A stretch of 64,000 nt of DNA from Candidatus Eiseniibacteriota bacterium (GCA_041946735.1 JBHGAY010000003.1:64001-128000), one strand, 5' to 3'; shown: positions 18,362 through 28,102, counted from the first letter of the stretch. Notes: generated from the letters alone by a model not told the origin. Numbers and translations: made by a program.

Positions 18362-19402
18362 TCAGTCCTCCGTTCGAGGAGCGTGGCAGTAGGTGCAGAA
18401 ACCCTCGGTCCCCGCGCTCTTCGTATGGCAGTCGTAGCAGTAGTAGGCGTCGTCGTCGTGCCAGGGGCCCTTGACGTCGTAGTCCTCGAAGTCGCTCGGG
18501 TGGATGCTCCGATCGTTGCCCCGCCCCGGCCGCGCGTCCCGGTGACAGTCGACGCAGACCGGGTCTGCCTGGTCGTGGCACGCGGCGCAGTAGGTGATGT
18601 CGCGCCTCGCCTCGAGCGCGTGGCGGTTCGCCCCGCCCGCGAACGAGACCCAGTTCTCGTCATGGTTCGTCGGCTTCACCCCCACCGACGCGTGGCAGTC
18701 GTTGCAGAACTGCTCGGCCTGGTGGCACGAGGTGCAGTCCGTCTCGTGCTTCCGCGCGTCCTGCGCGTGCGTGAACTCGTAGTTCCGCGGGTGGGACGGG
18801 AAGAGGACGTTCTCCCCCTGATGGCACTCGCTGCACTGCTCGCTCTCGCGATGGCACGACTCGCACTCCTCCGCCATCCCGCGAGCCTTGAACTGGTGGG
18901 TATGCCGGAAGTCGGGGCCGTGATCGAGCGGCCGCAGCCCGATCGTGTTCTCATGGCATGTCTCGCATTCCTGCGAGGCCTGCTTGCCATCGTGGCACTC
19001 GAAGCAGACCGGATGCCCGATCTGCCCTCGATCGGTCTTGCGAAGCGACGGATCGACCAGGGCGCCGTGGCAGCGAGCGCAGTCGACGCCCATGCCGAGA
19101 TGCTGCGAGTGCGAGAAGGCGGGAATCCGTGACGGCACCGCCTGGATCTTCGTCCAGCCCCAAAGCTCGAGATCGGACGCCTCGTGGCACCCCTGGCACG
19201 TCTCGGGAGTCGGAAGGAGGTTGTCCTTGCCCGTCTGGCTTTCGGTCGCGTTCGGATGGCATGTCGCGCAGTCCGCTCCGACCTCCTGATGCTTCTCATG
19301 CGAGAACCGAGTGCGTGCGGCGCCGCTGCCGGACAGGAGGACGGCGAGCGTGGCGACCGCGAGCACCGCAACCGCCCCACGAATCCAATCCTTGCCTCTC
19401 AT
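18362..19402 (-). CDS. Periplasmic 13-heme cytochrome c (c3/c7-like repeats)
   Basis: Signal peptide; 13 CxxCH in 346 aa; FSH..H motifs. Confidence 0.92.
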   Translation of the reverse strand: MRGKDWIRGAVAVLAVATLAVLLSGSGAARTRFSHEKHQEVGADCATCHPNATESQTGKDNLLPTPETCQGCHEASDLELWGWTKIQAVPSRIPAFSHSQHLGMGVDCARCHGALVDPSLRKTDRGQIGHPVCFECHDGKQASQECETCHENTIGLRPLDHGPDFRHTHQFKARGMAEECESCHRESEQCSECHQGENVLFPSHPRNYEFTHAQDARKHETDCTSCHQAEQFCNDCHASVGVKPTNHDENWVSFAGGANRHALEARRDITYCAACHDQADPVCVDCHRDARPGRGNDRSIHPSDFEDYDVKGPWHDDDAYYCYDCHTKSAGTEGFCTYCHAPRTED

Positions 19403-19417
19403 CCCCGGTTCTCCTTC

Positions 19418-20791
19418 CTACAGGCCCAGGCGGAAGCGCTGGTCGATGCGGGCGAGCAGGCGAATGTCCTGCTCGAGATCCCAGTTGGTCAGTCCCTCCA
19501 CCTGGAGAACGATGCGGGTGTCGCGGAGGGCTTGATAGGTCGCCGCGAAGATCGTGGTCGAGGCGTCGTTGTCCTCGTCCTCACGATCGCCGTAGTCGTA
19601 CGTCTCGTAGCCGAAGGAGCCGTCGAGCCGGAGCCTGTCTCCGATCTGCTGCGAGCCGGCGAGCACGAGGCCGGTGCGATCGCCGCCGAAACCGGACTCG
19701 AAGCGGGCGCCGATCTGATACGCGCCGCGCCCGAGGACCAGCCGGATCGACTTCGCGCGGTCCACGTCCGAGCCGCTCGACAGCCCGTCCCCCACGTGAG
19801 GCCGCCGGAAGTCGGTCCGCAGGAAATCCGCGCTGATGCGGTACGGCCCGAAGAGGTTGATGCCGCCGCCTCCGCGCAGCTCGCTGACCTCGCGCGTATC
19901 CCAGAAGGCGAAGAAGGAAGTTGCGGGAAGCTGCGGCGTCCGCCGGTTGTACTCGCCCCAGAGCCGCAGGCCGTTGTTCCGGTTCAGGTACTCGACTCCG
20001 GCCGCCTGGCCGTACGTCTCATCGAGGAGGAAGTCGTGCCGGAACTCGGTCCAGATCCGCAGCTGCCTCTGCACCCATAGGGTGGCTTTGGCCCCGATGC
20101 GGCTGTTCTCGTCCTCGTCGTGCCGGCGCGTCAGGGCGTAGCTCACGCCGACCTCCGGCGAGAAGCTCGTCGCGAGGTTCGGTCGCAGCCTCAGCTCGCC
20201 GCCGATTCGCGCCGACTCGTCCGGCTCGTCGAAGCGCCACTGCTCGCGAGCGTCGGCGCCCAGAGTCCCGCCGAAGATGGCGAGGGTGCCCCAGCCCGGC
20301 CGCTCGATCCGCGCGTAGGCGCCGTCGACCGTGCCGGTGCCGATCCCTGCCGGCACCCAGACGCGGCCGAGACGCAGGTCGTAGCGGAGCGTGGACTCTC
20401 CGGAGGCCGGGATCGTCCGGTACTGCAGGAAACCGTGATAGAGGCGGGTGCGCGTGTCCCCGATGCTCTGGTTGGTGACGTCGTTGCGCGCGGTCAAGAA
20501 GCCGTGGAAGGTCAGCTCCGGCGCTCCAAGCTCCAAGACGTCGAAGCGGAGCCTCTCGAAGACGCGGGTCCGGTTCTCCAGATCGGTGCCGAACGGCTCG
20601 CTCGACGCCTCCTGGACGTAGGCGGCGGTCGAGCTCGTTCCGCGGATCGTAACCGCGCCGCACGGCGCGGCGCTCGCCGCCAGCCCGATGCTTGCCGCCA
20701 GCGCGGCGCAAAGCGCCGGCGCCGCCCAGGCGAAGCGACCGGCCGACCCGATTCGCGGCAGAGCCCGGCGGGCGCTCTTCCTCGTGCTCAT
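19418..20791 (-). CDS. Putative outer-membrane beta-barrel porin of a porin-cytochrome conduit
   Basis: Signal peptide, alternating amphipathic strands throughout, YDLRLGR motif and terminal strand RIDQRFRLGL. Flanked by cytochrome genes, with an ATGA overlap to the upstream gene. Confidence 0.72.
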   Translation of the reverse strand: MSTRKSARRALPRIGSAGRFAWAAPALCAALAASIGLAASAAPCGAVTIRGTSSTAAYVQEASSEPFGTDLENRTRVFERLRFDVLELGAPELTFHGFLTARNDVTNQSIGDTRTRLYHGFLQYRTIPASGESTLRYDLRLGRVWVPAGIGTGTVDGAYARIERPGWGTLAIFGGTLGADAREQWRFDEPDESARIGGELRLRPNLATSFSPEVGVSYALTRRHDEDENSRIGAKATLWVQRQLRIWTEFRHDFLLDETYGQAAGVEYLNRNNGLRLWGEYNRRTPQLPATSFFAFWDTREVSELRGGGGINLFGPYRISADFLRTDFRRPHVGDGLSSGSDVDRAKSIRLVLGRGAYQIGARFESGFGGDRTGLVLAGSQQIGDRLRLDGSFGYETYDYGDREDEDNDASTTIFAATYQALRDTRIVLQVEGLTNWDLEQDIRLLARIDQRFRLGL

Positions 20792-21414
20792 CGGTCCCCT
20801 CCCTCGCTCAGGCCGCCGCCGCCCGGCGCGACGTGGATCCGCCTCGCCTTGCCGGCCAGCTCCCCGAGGCTTCGCTCGCTCGCGTTGCCGCCGTTGCCCT
20901 CGGCGTCCTTGTGACATCCGTAGCAGGTGTAATCGAGCGTGATGCCGTAGCCGTCCTTTGCCGCCCGCTGTCCATCGGTCGATTCGAACATCGTTTCCCG
21001 CCCCACCGGTTCGACGTGGATCTTCAGGATGTGCGTGCGCCGGTCCGCGCGGTACGGCTGAACGATCGTCGAGACATATGTGGCGGCGGGCATATGGCAG
21101 GCGACGCAGATCTTGATCGGGTGATCGACGGCGGCCGCCTGCTCGCTATGGCACGTCTCACAGGAGAACCGCTGCTGGGTGCCGTTCGGGTCGAGATGGC
21201 AGTCGAGGCAGCGCTGCACCGGATGATGGCCGACCGCCAGCTCGTCGGCGATCGGTCCGGGCGCGAGGAAGAGGTAGGGCGCGTCCTCCGAGGCAAGAGG
21301 ACGGTGGACGATCTGCACGGGACGGAAGTCGTCGCGGTCCTCCGCGCACGACGGCGCGAGGAGCAGGACCGCCGCGAGCAAGAGCAGGACAGGCGACAGG
21401 GATCTCCAGCGCAT
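20788..21414 (-). CDS. Tetraheme cytochrome c lipoprotein
   Basis: Lipobox-like LAPSC; CLDCH, CETCH, CVACHMP and CYGCH. Confidence 0.85.
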   Translation of the reverse strand: MRWRSLSPVLLLLAAVLLLAPSCAEDRDDFRPVQIVHRPLASEDAPYLFLAPGPIADELAVGHHPVQRCLDCHLDPNGTQQRFSCETCHSEQAAAVDHPIKICVACHMPAATYVSTIVQPYRADRRTHILKIHVEPVGRETMFESTDGQRAAKDGYGITLDYTCYGCHKDAEGNGGNASERSLGELAGKARRIHVAPGGGGLSEGGDR

Positions 21415-21548
21415 GTCGAAACCCCTTTCGATGAATCGATCTCGATCCGGCATCGGCGAGCGATTGTGTGTCGCCCGGCCGCTCCGGCACAAGCAGGCAA
21501 TCGGTCCCGATGCCTGGGACCTTCCGGTTTCTCGAGACTTTCCGGCTG

Positions 21549-22142
21549 CTAGCGTTTTTTCGGGGAAGGACGAGCGTGGGCGATCTTCTTCACCATCGCG
21601 GAATAGTCGAACGACGGAGAGGCGCCCGCCTCCCGCCAGCATTCCCGCGGGAGCGGCTCCGGCGTGTGGCATGCGGCGCAAACCGCCTCGGTCGGCTCCA
21701 GCATCCCCAGGCCTAGAGCCGCCTTCCTGTCCTTTCCGTGGACGAACTTGTACTCGCTGCCGGGACCGTGGCACGCCTCGCACTGCACGTTGCGCAGGAT
21801 CTCCGCCGTCTTGCCCGCCACGACCGGGCGTCCGAAGCCGGTCGTGTGGCACGCAAGGCAGCGCTCGTCCTTCTGGCTTGCCGGCGGGAGGGAGAGGAAA
21901 GCGCGCCCGTGCGGCGAGGACGTCCAGGTCTCGAACACGCTGCCCCGCGCCTTGCCGGCATGGCAGCTCTTGCACCCCTCCGCTCCGATGTAGCGCGGGC
22001 TGGGGTCGGGGTTGGGGTTGGGGCTGGGGTTGGCCGCCCGAGTCTGGGCGTCCGAGCTGGCGAAAGAAAGAGCCAGCGCGGCGATCACGATCGCCGCCGC
22101 GATCGCAGCGGGAAGGACGAGGGCCGAAAGCCTCGACGTCAC
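21549..22142 (-). CDS. Tetraheme cytochrome c554-like protein
   Basis: GTG start after AAGGAGG; YIGAEGCKSCH, W..SPH..AF, CLACHTTG, VQCEACHGPGS and CAACH. Confidence 0.88.
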   Translation of the reverse strand: MTSRLSALVLPAAIAAAIVIAALALSFASSDAQTRAANPSPNPNPDPSPRYIGAEGCKSCHAGKARGSVFETWTSSPHGRAFLSLPPASQKDERCLACHTTGFGRPVVAGKTAEILRNVQCEACHGPGSEYKFVHGKDRKAALGLGMLEPTEAVCAACHTPEPLPRECWREAGASPSFDYSAMVKKIAHARPSPKKR

Positions 22143-22272
22143 GTCCACCCTCCTTGCAGCGGAAGCCGTCGCCGCCTGCCTCCGTCTCGGGATCGATCGC
22201 GAGGGCGAGCGGAACCGGCCGCTGGGCAGAGAGAAGATCCGCCCCGGCCGGGCGGCAGTCAAGACCGCCCGC

Positions 22273-22307
22273 AGAAAGGGGGGGAACGGAGGACCCGTTC
22301 CCCCCCC
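22273..22307 (-). terminator. Intrinsic terminator-like hairpin after the 9-heme lipoprotein gene
   Basis: GGGGGGGAACGG / CCGTTCCCCCCC stem, followed on the minus strand by TTTCT. Confidence 0.65.
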
Positions 22308-22335
22308 GATCGCCGAAGACGCCCCCCACGGCTCC

Positions 22336-23994
22336 CTACTGGACCAGGATCTCAGCCTTGTCGAGGGCGAGCCCGTTCAGCGCGAGGATGCTTTGCTGCA
22401 GGAGCTGGATCGCGTAGGTGGCGTTGTGCACCCCCTTCGACTTGTCCTGCGCGACGAACATCATGTTGTAGGCGCTCGCGCGCATCTGGACCGTCGTGAG
22501 GTCCGGATTGCCCACCGCCTCCTCCATCCCGAGAGCGCCGCCCTCGTCGTAGGCGGCCTGCAGCTCGGCGCGTGCCTCCTCGGACGGCGCGTGCTCGATG
22601 ATCGTCTCCGCGAGCGTGTCGATCAGACCGGCTACCTCGTCCTGCACTCCCTCCACGGTCCCGTCGCCGTCGTAGTCCGCCTTCGCCTCGATGTCCTCGA
22701 AGGAATCGATCGAGCCGTGGCACGGCTGGCAAGCCTCGACGATCGGGCGGAACCCATGTCCCGTGTACCCCGGATTGCCCGGGGACCAGGGGATGTGGTG
22801 GTTGTGGCAGTTCACGCAGCCATCCTGGATGTTGATGTGGTGGCTCGTCGCGAAATCGAAGGAAGGACTGACGTTCTCGTACGCGCCGACGCCCGCCAGC
22901 ATGTCGCCCTGCACGCTCGGATGCGGACCGAAGTGCGCCGTCCCGTTCTGCACCTGGTCCTCGGCATTCGAAGGACTCCTACGGCCGTTGTGGCAGGCGA
23001 TGCAAAGCCGGCCCGTCCCAGCGTCCGGATGCAGTCCATTGGGGAGAGCGACGTCGTTGACCGCGTCGCGCAGATAGGAGAGGTTGCCGCTACCGTGCGG
23101 ATCGTGGCAGACGACGCAGTCGAGAGCGAGCGTGTCGGCCGGAGCGGAGGTGTCGGTGTAGCCGGCCGGGTCGTTGAGATAGTCCTTGGCGGCGATGCCG
23201 TTGTGGCACTTCTTGCAGGCTCCCCGGGTGGCCGCCTCCTCGACGATCCCCGCATGAGGTGATCCTTGCCACTCGCTGTACGTCGGGTGGTGCTCCCCCT
23301 CGTGACAGGTTCCGCAGAGAGCGGAGTCGAGCGGCTTGGGAAGCTTCGGGTCTCCGCCGCCCGCGACGTGCACGCTGCCCGGGCCATGGCAGCACTCGCA
23401 CTGCACGTCCGCCAGGCGATCGATGCGTAGCTCGTCGTAACCGCCGTTGTTCACGGCCGGATTGAAGCCGACCGTATGGCAGCTGAGGCAGGCGTTGTTC
23501 TGGTCCTGGCCATCGGCAACGAGCGTTCCGAGCGCGTCGGCGTGTCCGCTGACCTCCCAGGAGTCGTGGATGCCCTCGTGGCAGGTGTTGCACGTCTTGT
23601 CCCCGACATAGGAGGGAGAGACCGCGGGGACGTAGGTAGAGACGACGACCGGCAGAGTGCTGACCGTCGCCTTGTCGCCGTCGTGCACGACCACCTGGAT
23701 CTCGTAGGTTCCTTCCACGTCAGGCGCGACCCAGACCACCGACGGGCTGTCGGATTGCTGGAAGGAGCCTGCGGGCGCGGACCACTGATAGGTGTAGTCG
23801 CCGGTGGGCGTCACGCTCGCCGTCAGCTGGACGAGCGATCCGTTCGTCGGGATCTCCGGGTCGGCGGTCATCTGGACCTCCAACTCGGTCCCGGGAACGT
23901 TGTTGTTGTTGTCGTTGTCGTCGTCACTACATCCCAGCGCGATCAGCGCCACAGCGACGGCGCCCAGGAGCAGGATGGATCGGACGCGTCCCAT
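22336..23994 (-). CDS. 9-heme cytochrome c lipoprotein with N-terminal PKD/Ig-like domain
   Basis: Lipobox IALGC, Asp/Asn linker, Ig-like strands (YTYQWS, WVAP..GTY), nine CxxCH, DYDGDG loop and DKSKGVHN tail. Confidence 0.9.
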   Translation of the reverse strand: MGRVRSILLLGAVAVALIALGCSDDDNDNNNNVPGTELEVQMTADPEIPTNGSLVQLTASVTPTGDYTYQWSAPAGSFQQSDSPSVVWVAPDVEGTYEIQVVVHDGDKATVSTLPVVVSTYVPAVSPSYVGDKTCNTCHEGIHDSWEVSGHADALGTLVADGQDQNNACLSCHTVGFNPAVNNGGYDELRIDRLADVQCECCHGPGSVHVAGGGDPKLPKPLDSALCGTCHEGEHHPTYSEWQGSPHAGIVEEAATRGACKKCHNGIAAKDYLNDPAGYTDTSAPADTLALDCVVCHDPHGSGNLSYLRDAVNDVALPNGLHPDAGTGRLCIACHNGRRSPSNAEDQVQNGTAHFGPHPSVQGDMLAGVGAYENVSPSFDFATSHHINIQDGCVNCHNHHIPWSPGNPGYTGHGFRPIVEACQPCHGSIDSFEDIEAKADYDGDGTVEGVQDEVAGLIDTLAETIIEHAPSEEARAELQAAYDEGGALGMEEAVGNPDLTTVQMRASAYNMMFVAQDKSKGVHNATYAIQLLQQSILALNGLALDKAEILVQ

Positions 23995-24382
23995 GCGGAC
24001 CTCCTCTTCCTCTTCCCAGAAAGGCCTTCCCCGGAACCCCGGATGTGCAGCGGCCGCCTGCCCCTTCCCCCGCTCGAATCGTCCTCTCCATGGAGGCGTG
24101 GATGCGGGCGGGCGTCGGGCGAGCCGTAAGAATCTCTATCGCTTTCCTCGTCCTGTGAGCAAGGAAAGTTTATGCAACCGAACCGCAGTTCTCGTTCATC
24201 CGTACGGTAGGACGGCTAATGGTGAAAAACTGCGTCGCATGTCGAACCGCGGGCGGCCGGTTCGAATGAATTCGCAATTCGTGACGTAAAGTGGGTTCGA
24301 GGCTGTCCGGGGGCCGGCAGCGAAGGGGCGGCCCGGGGCCACGGAGCGGCGGCGTGGCGCGCCGTCCTCGGACCGTGCGGGC

Positions 24383-24434
24383 AAGAGAGAACGGGAGGGC
24401 GAGGGGGGCTGTGGCCCTTCCTCCGCCCTCCCGT
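24383..24434 (-). terminator. Terminator-like hairpin
   Basis: ACGGGAGGGCG...CGCCCTCCCGT stem with a pyrimidine tail on the minus strand. Confidence 0.55.
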
Positions 24435-24466
24435 CACTGGAAGGCTGAAGTCAGAGGGTGAAGAAC

Positions 24467-26701
24467 CTAGTGGAGCAGGACGAGCTTCACGGACGCGCCG
24501 GGTCCGCCATGCGTGCTGAGGCGGGCGAAGTAGACCCCGCTCTCGACCGCCCGGCCCGAGTCGTCCTTGCCGGCCCACTCGCGCTCCACGCTGGCGCCCG
24601 CAGAGAACGTACCTGCCGCCAGAGTTGCGATCCGGCGTCCCGCGAGATCGTGGATCGTCAACACCGCATTGCCGTCGGAGGGCAGCTGGAACGCAACGAG
24701 CGGACGGTCCCCGACCGGGCGGATCGCCCGCAGGAGCCCCGGAGCGGAGGGGACGGCCCCAGGCTGCGATTCGCCGTCACCGATCGAAGCCGGGTCGTGC
24801 CGCGTCGCCTCGATGATGCTGCTGCCTCCGGCCCCGACGAAGAATCCGTTCGGCCGCGCCTCCACCGTCTCGGCCCAGCTCGACAAGGGAAGGTCGAGAG
24901 GCTCCCATGTCTGCCCGCCGTCGCCGGTCACATAGACGTAGCCGAGCGCGAAGCTCCGCATCGCAACGCCGTGGAGCGCGTCGGAGAAGCCGATGCGGCG
25001 AACCGGCCCCTGGAGGACGGGGGCCCAGGTCGTCCCGCCGTTGGTCGTGCGATAGATGCCTGCGCCGTCGGACTCTGACCCGACGACCGCCGTTTGCGCA
25101 TCGAACCAGACCATCGTCCGCACGAACGACGGGAGGCCGGCGGTCGGCATTGCCGTCCATGTCGTCCCGCCGTTCGTCGTGCGGTAGAGATAGGGGGCGA
25201 ACTGCGAGCCGCCGCCCGCGTACCCGTTCTGTTCGTCGAGGAACGCGATCGTCCAGATGTAGCTCGCTGGAAGGCCGGTCATGCACTGCGCCCAGGTCGT
25301 CCCTCCGTCGGTCGAGCGGAAGATCAGGCCGGTCGTCGACTGTCCGTAAGTCGTGCAGTACGCGCGCGAGGCGCTGGGGGCCACGATCTGGAGCGGCGAC
25401 ACCCCGTTGGGCGCGCTGTTCGGGAGCGAGCGGGCCGACCAGCTATCGCCGCCGTCGGTCGTCCGCCAGATCGAGCTGGGAGGTTGGGTGCCTCCGTTGC
25501 CTCCCGCGTAGCCGAGCGCGTCGTCGACGAACTCGATGTCGTTCAAGAACATAATCGGCGGCGTGTTCGACGCTTCCGACCAGGTCCGTCCTTCGTCCTC
25601 CGATCGATGCCAGCGGTAGTAGGGATTGCCGGGAGGGGTGGAGCCGGCGAAGACGCGTCCTCCCGGTGTGAAGCCGAAGGCGGAGATCACGACGCGCGGA
25701 CCGTCGCCCGCGTAGTAGGTGGCGTTCTGCCAGCTCTGGCCGTTGTCAGTGGACCGGTGCAGATCGCCAAACGTGCTGCAGACGATCAGGTCTCCGTTCG
25801 AGAGCCTCTCGAAGTCGGGGTAGCCGTTCGTGTCGGGCTCGTCCAGGAGCATCTGCCAGTGCGCTCCGCCGTCGGTCGACTCGAAGAACTTCGCCCCTTC
25901 GAGGTCGATCGCCAGGTAGAGGTGCTGCGCAGTGACCGGAAGGAGCTGGCACTGGTAAACGAGCAAGAGCGGAACGGAGCTTTGGGTCCAGCTCGCGCCG
26001 CCGTTCGTCGTCGCGTAGGTCTGGAAGTCCGCGAGGATCCAGCCATGGAGCTGGTCGGCCGCGAACACCACCTCGCCATAGAAGTCCCCCTCAGGAACGC
26101 CCGGGATCGTCTGCCAGGTTGTTCCGCCGTTCGTCGTTTCGCGGGCGACGAGGTCCCCGACGACGTATCCGTGGGTGTCCGTGAGCCAGAACTGCTCCTC
26201 GATCGTCGCGTCGCTCGGCGGATTGCGGAGGCTCCAGGTGGCGCCGTCGTCGGTCGATCGAACGATCTCGCCATGCTCTCCGGCGGCCGACAGGATCGAG
26301 CCGCCGACTCGCTTGAGGTCCTTCAGTGTGCGGGTGGAGGGATTGACGACCGGAGTCCAGCTCGCGCCGCCATCGGTCGAGCGAAAGATACCCGGACTCG
26401 AGCCGATCGCGAGCAACTGGCCCGGGCCGAGGACCATCACGTCGAACAGGTCGGCGTCGAGGTCGTCGCAATCGGCCCGGAGCTGCCAGGACGCCCCGCC
26501 ATCGGTCGTCGCGACGACCGAGCCGCCCAGCCCGACAGCGTAGCCGGTCTGGGCGTCCTCGAACGTGACCGCTTTCAGCTCTTCCCCCTGGGGTGTCGGC
26601 AATCTCCAGTCGAAGCTGTAGTCGGTGACGGCGAACGCCGCGGGGGGGAGGAGCGCAAGCGCCCCGAGCAGGAGCGACGGGAATCGCAGACTCTCTTTCA
26701 T
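24467..26701 (-). CDS. Secreted YCF48/BNR (Asp-box) beta-propeller protein with C-terminal FlgD-Ig/T9SS-like domain
   Basis: Many S/T-T-D/N-G-G-x-S/T-W repeats; C-terminus IHDLAGRRIATL...WAGKDDSGRAVESGVYFARL. Confidence 0.88.
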   Translation of the reverse strand: MKESLRFPSLLLGALALLPPAAFAVTDYSFDWRLPTPQGEELKAVTFEDAQTGYAVGLGGSVVATTDGGASWQLRADCDDLDADLFDVMVLGPGQLLAIGSSPGIFRSTDGGASWTPVVNPSTRTLKDLKRVGGSILSAAGEHGEIVRSTDDGATWSLRNPPSDATIEEQFWLTDTHGYVVGDLVARETTNGGTTWQTIPGVPEGDFYGEVVFAADQLHGWILADFQTYATTNGGASWTQSSVPLLLVYQCQLLPVTAQHLYLAIDLEGAKFFESTDGGAHWQMLLDEPDTNGYPDFERLSNGDLIVCSTFGDLHRSTDNGQSWQNATYYAGDGPRVVISAFGFTPGGRVFAGSTPPGNPYYRWHRSEDEGRTWSEASNTPPIMFLNDIEFVDDALGYAGGNGGTQPPSSIWRTTDGGDSWSARSLPNSAPNGVSPLQIVAPSASRAYCTTYGQSTTGLIFRSTDGGTTWAQCMTGLPASYIWTIAFLDEQNGYAGGGSQFAPYLYRTTNGGTTWTAMPTAGLPSFVRTMVWFDAQTAVVGSESDGAGIYRTTNGGTTWAPVLQGPVRRIGFSDALHGVAMRSFALGYVYVTGDGGQTWEPLDLPLSSWAETVEARPNGFFVGAGGSSIIEATRHDPASIGDGESQPGAVPSAPGLLRAIRPVGDRPLVAFQLPSDGNAVLTIHDLAGRRIATLAAGTFSAGASVEREWAGKDDSGRAVESGVYFARLSTHGGPGASVKLVLLH

Positions 26702-26951
26702 CCTCATCCTTTCGTTCGACATTCGGTCGAGCCGAATCCTGGATCGCGCCCGTGCGGAGGCCGTCGGGCTGCGTTCGTCCTCAATCCTCAGATCTCAGAG
26801 AAATGTTCGGGAGAGCGCGGACGGTACGGTTGCGCGGCGTCTCCGAAGGAACGCGGGAGAGTAGACGATACCGATCCGTTGCCAATACGGAACCTTTGCA
26901 CGGTAGAGGAGCGACGCCGGCAGGGATGCCGGCTCAGAGGCCAGGGTCCGG

Positions 26952-27785
26952 TCAGCCGAGGTAGCGGCCGAGATCCTGGAAGCAGGCGTCCCAGAGCGAC
27001 TCGTAGGCGCGGAGCCGCTGCGGGGGAAGTCCGAAGGTCGTGTGCGTCAGCGTGATGCGCGAACCGGAGTCGAGCGGCCAGAACGAGATCGCGACCATCG
27101 AACGCGTGCCCGCGTCGTCCCATCTCCAACGGATGTGCCGGTGCTTCTGCAGCAGCAGGATCTCTCCCTGGATGGCCGAGCCGTCGGGCAGGACGAACTC
27201 GAGGCCGCCTCCCTCGTGCGGATCGATCCGCGCTTCGCGCAGCCACCAGGCCGTGAGATGCACCGGATCGAACCAGACCTGATAGGAGCGCTCGGCGGGC
27301 GCTCCAACGGAGGAATAGACGCGGATCGTCGACGGCTCGTGGTCGAGCCCTCCCTCTTCCACGAAGAAGCGCAGATTCACGAGCGTCTTCTCCCAGTCGG
27401 AGCGGATGATGTCGCGGGCGCCGGTCCACGATGCGTCGACCGGAAAGCCGGAGTGCCGGAGGGTGACGAGCGTGCCGCCCTCCGTGGGCGTGGCGCTCAA
27501 GCTCACCTGGGTGACGGCCGGACTGCCCGTCTGCTGCCAGGAGAGGACGAGGCGCCGGCTGACATGGAGGTCGAGAACGGTGCCCGCGATCGATCCGGGG
27601 AACGCGGGATCCTCCCAGACGATGCGGAACGGAGCGCCCGTCTCCGCGCGGAAATCGGTGCGCGCCTGCATCCAGGTCGACTGCGAGCGAGGATCCAGGA
27701 TCGCGCGCATCACGTCCTGATCCGGCGCATGGATGAGGATCTCGCACATGATCTCGGTCGTGCCCGGCTCGATCGATTTACTCAT
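26952..27785 (-). CDS. Tandem SRPBCC (Aha1/START-like) domain protein
   Basis: Two repeats with RLVLSW, GTLVTLRHSGF / SRITLTH and a Trp-containing C-terminal helix. Confidence 0.8.
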   Translation of the reverse strand: MSKSIEPGTTEIMCEILIHAPDQDVMRAILDPRSQSTWMQARTDFRAETGAPFRIVWEDPAFPGSIAGTVLDLHVSRRLVLSWQQTGSPAVTQVSLSATPTEGGTLVTLRHSGFPVDASWTGARDIIRSDWEKTLVNLRFFVEEGGLDHEPSTIRVYSSVGAPAERSYQVWFDPVHLTAWWLREARIDPHEGGGLEFVLPDGSAIQGEILLLQKHRHIRWRWDDAGTRSMVAISFWPLDSGSRITLTHTTFGLPPQRLRAYESLWDACFQDLGRYLG

Positions 27786-27830
27786 CCGCTTCTCGTCCTC
27801 ATCCCTTCCGTTCTCGTGGCTTCGTCAGCG

Positions 27831-27915
27831 GAGCTTCCGGCTCTCGGAGCTTCCGGCCTTCCGGCCTTCCGGCCTTCCGGCTCTCTGGGGTTTCCGGCTT
27901 TCCGGGCCTTCCGGC
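27831..27915. repeat. Degenerate TTCCGGC(C/T) 8-bp tandem repeat in a divergent intergenic region
   Basis: Directly visible ttccggccttccggccttccggccttccgg run plus variants. Confidence 0.8.
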
Positions 27916-28102
27916 ATCCCGCCGGAGCGCCGGCCGCCTCTCCGCTCGGCGATCCTACCATCCGGCCCGACAGAGCCGCACGAGCGGTCTCTCCCGCCAC
28001 CCCGGTCGGGCTTGACCGGGCGTTCTGCCCTTCCTACCGTATGCGGATCGTGGTTCTCAGGAGAGACGATTCTCGGGCGATGTGGCCGGCGAGGCCGGAC
28101 TA

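Noticed and set aside
22336..23994. NrfA or octaheme nitrite reductase assignment for the 9-heme lipoprotein
   Set aside because: There is no CxxCK catalytic heme motif; all nine motifs are CxxCH.
24150..24200. Possible sigma54, Rex or Fnr site upstream of the cytochrome cluster
   Set aside because: GG-N10-GC spacing is not met and no convincing palindrome was found by eye; a motif search is needed.
24250..24310. GGTTCGA motifs resembling tRNA T-loops
   Set aside because: No cloverleaf, acceptor stem or D-arm could be built. The stretch is more likely the AT-richer promoter region of the cytochrome cluster.
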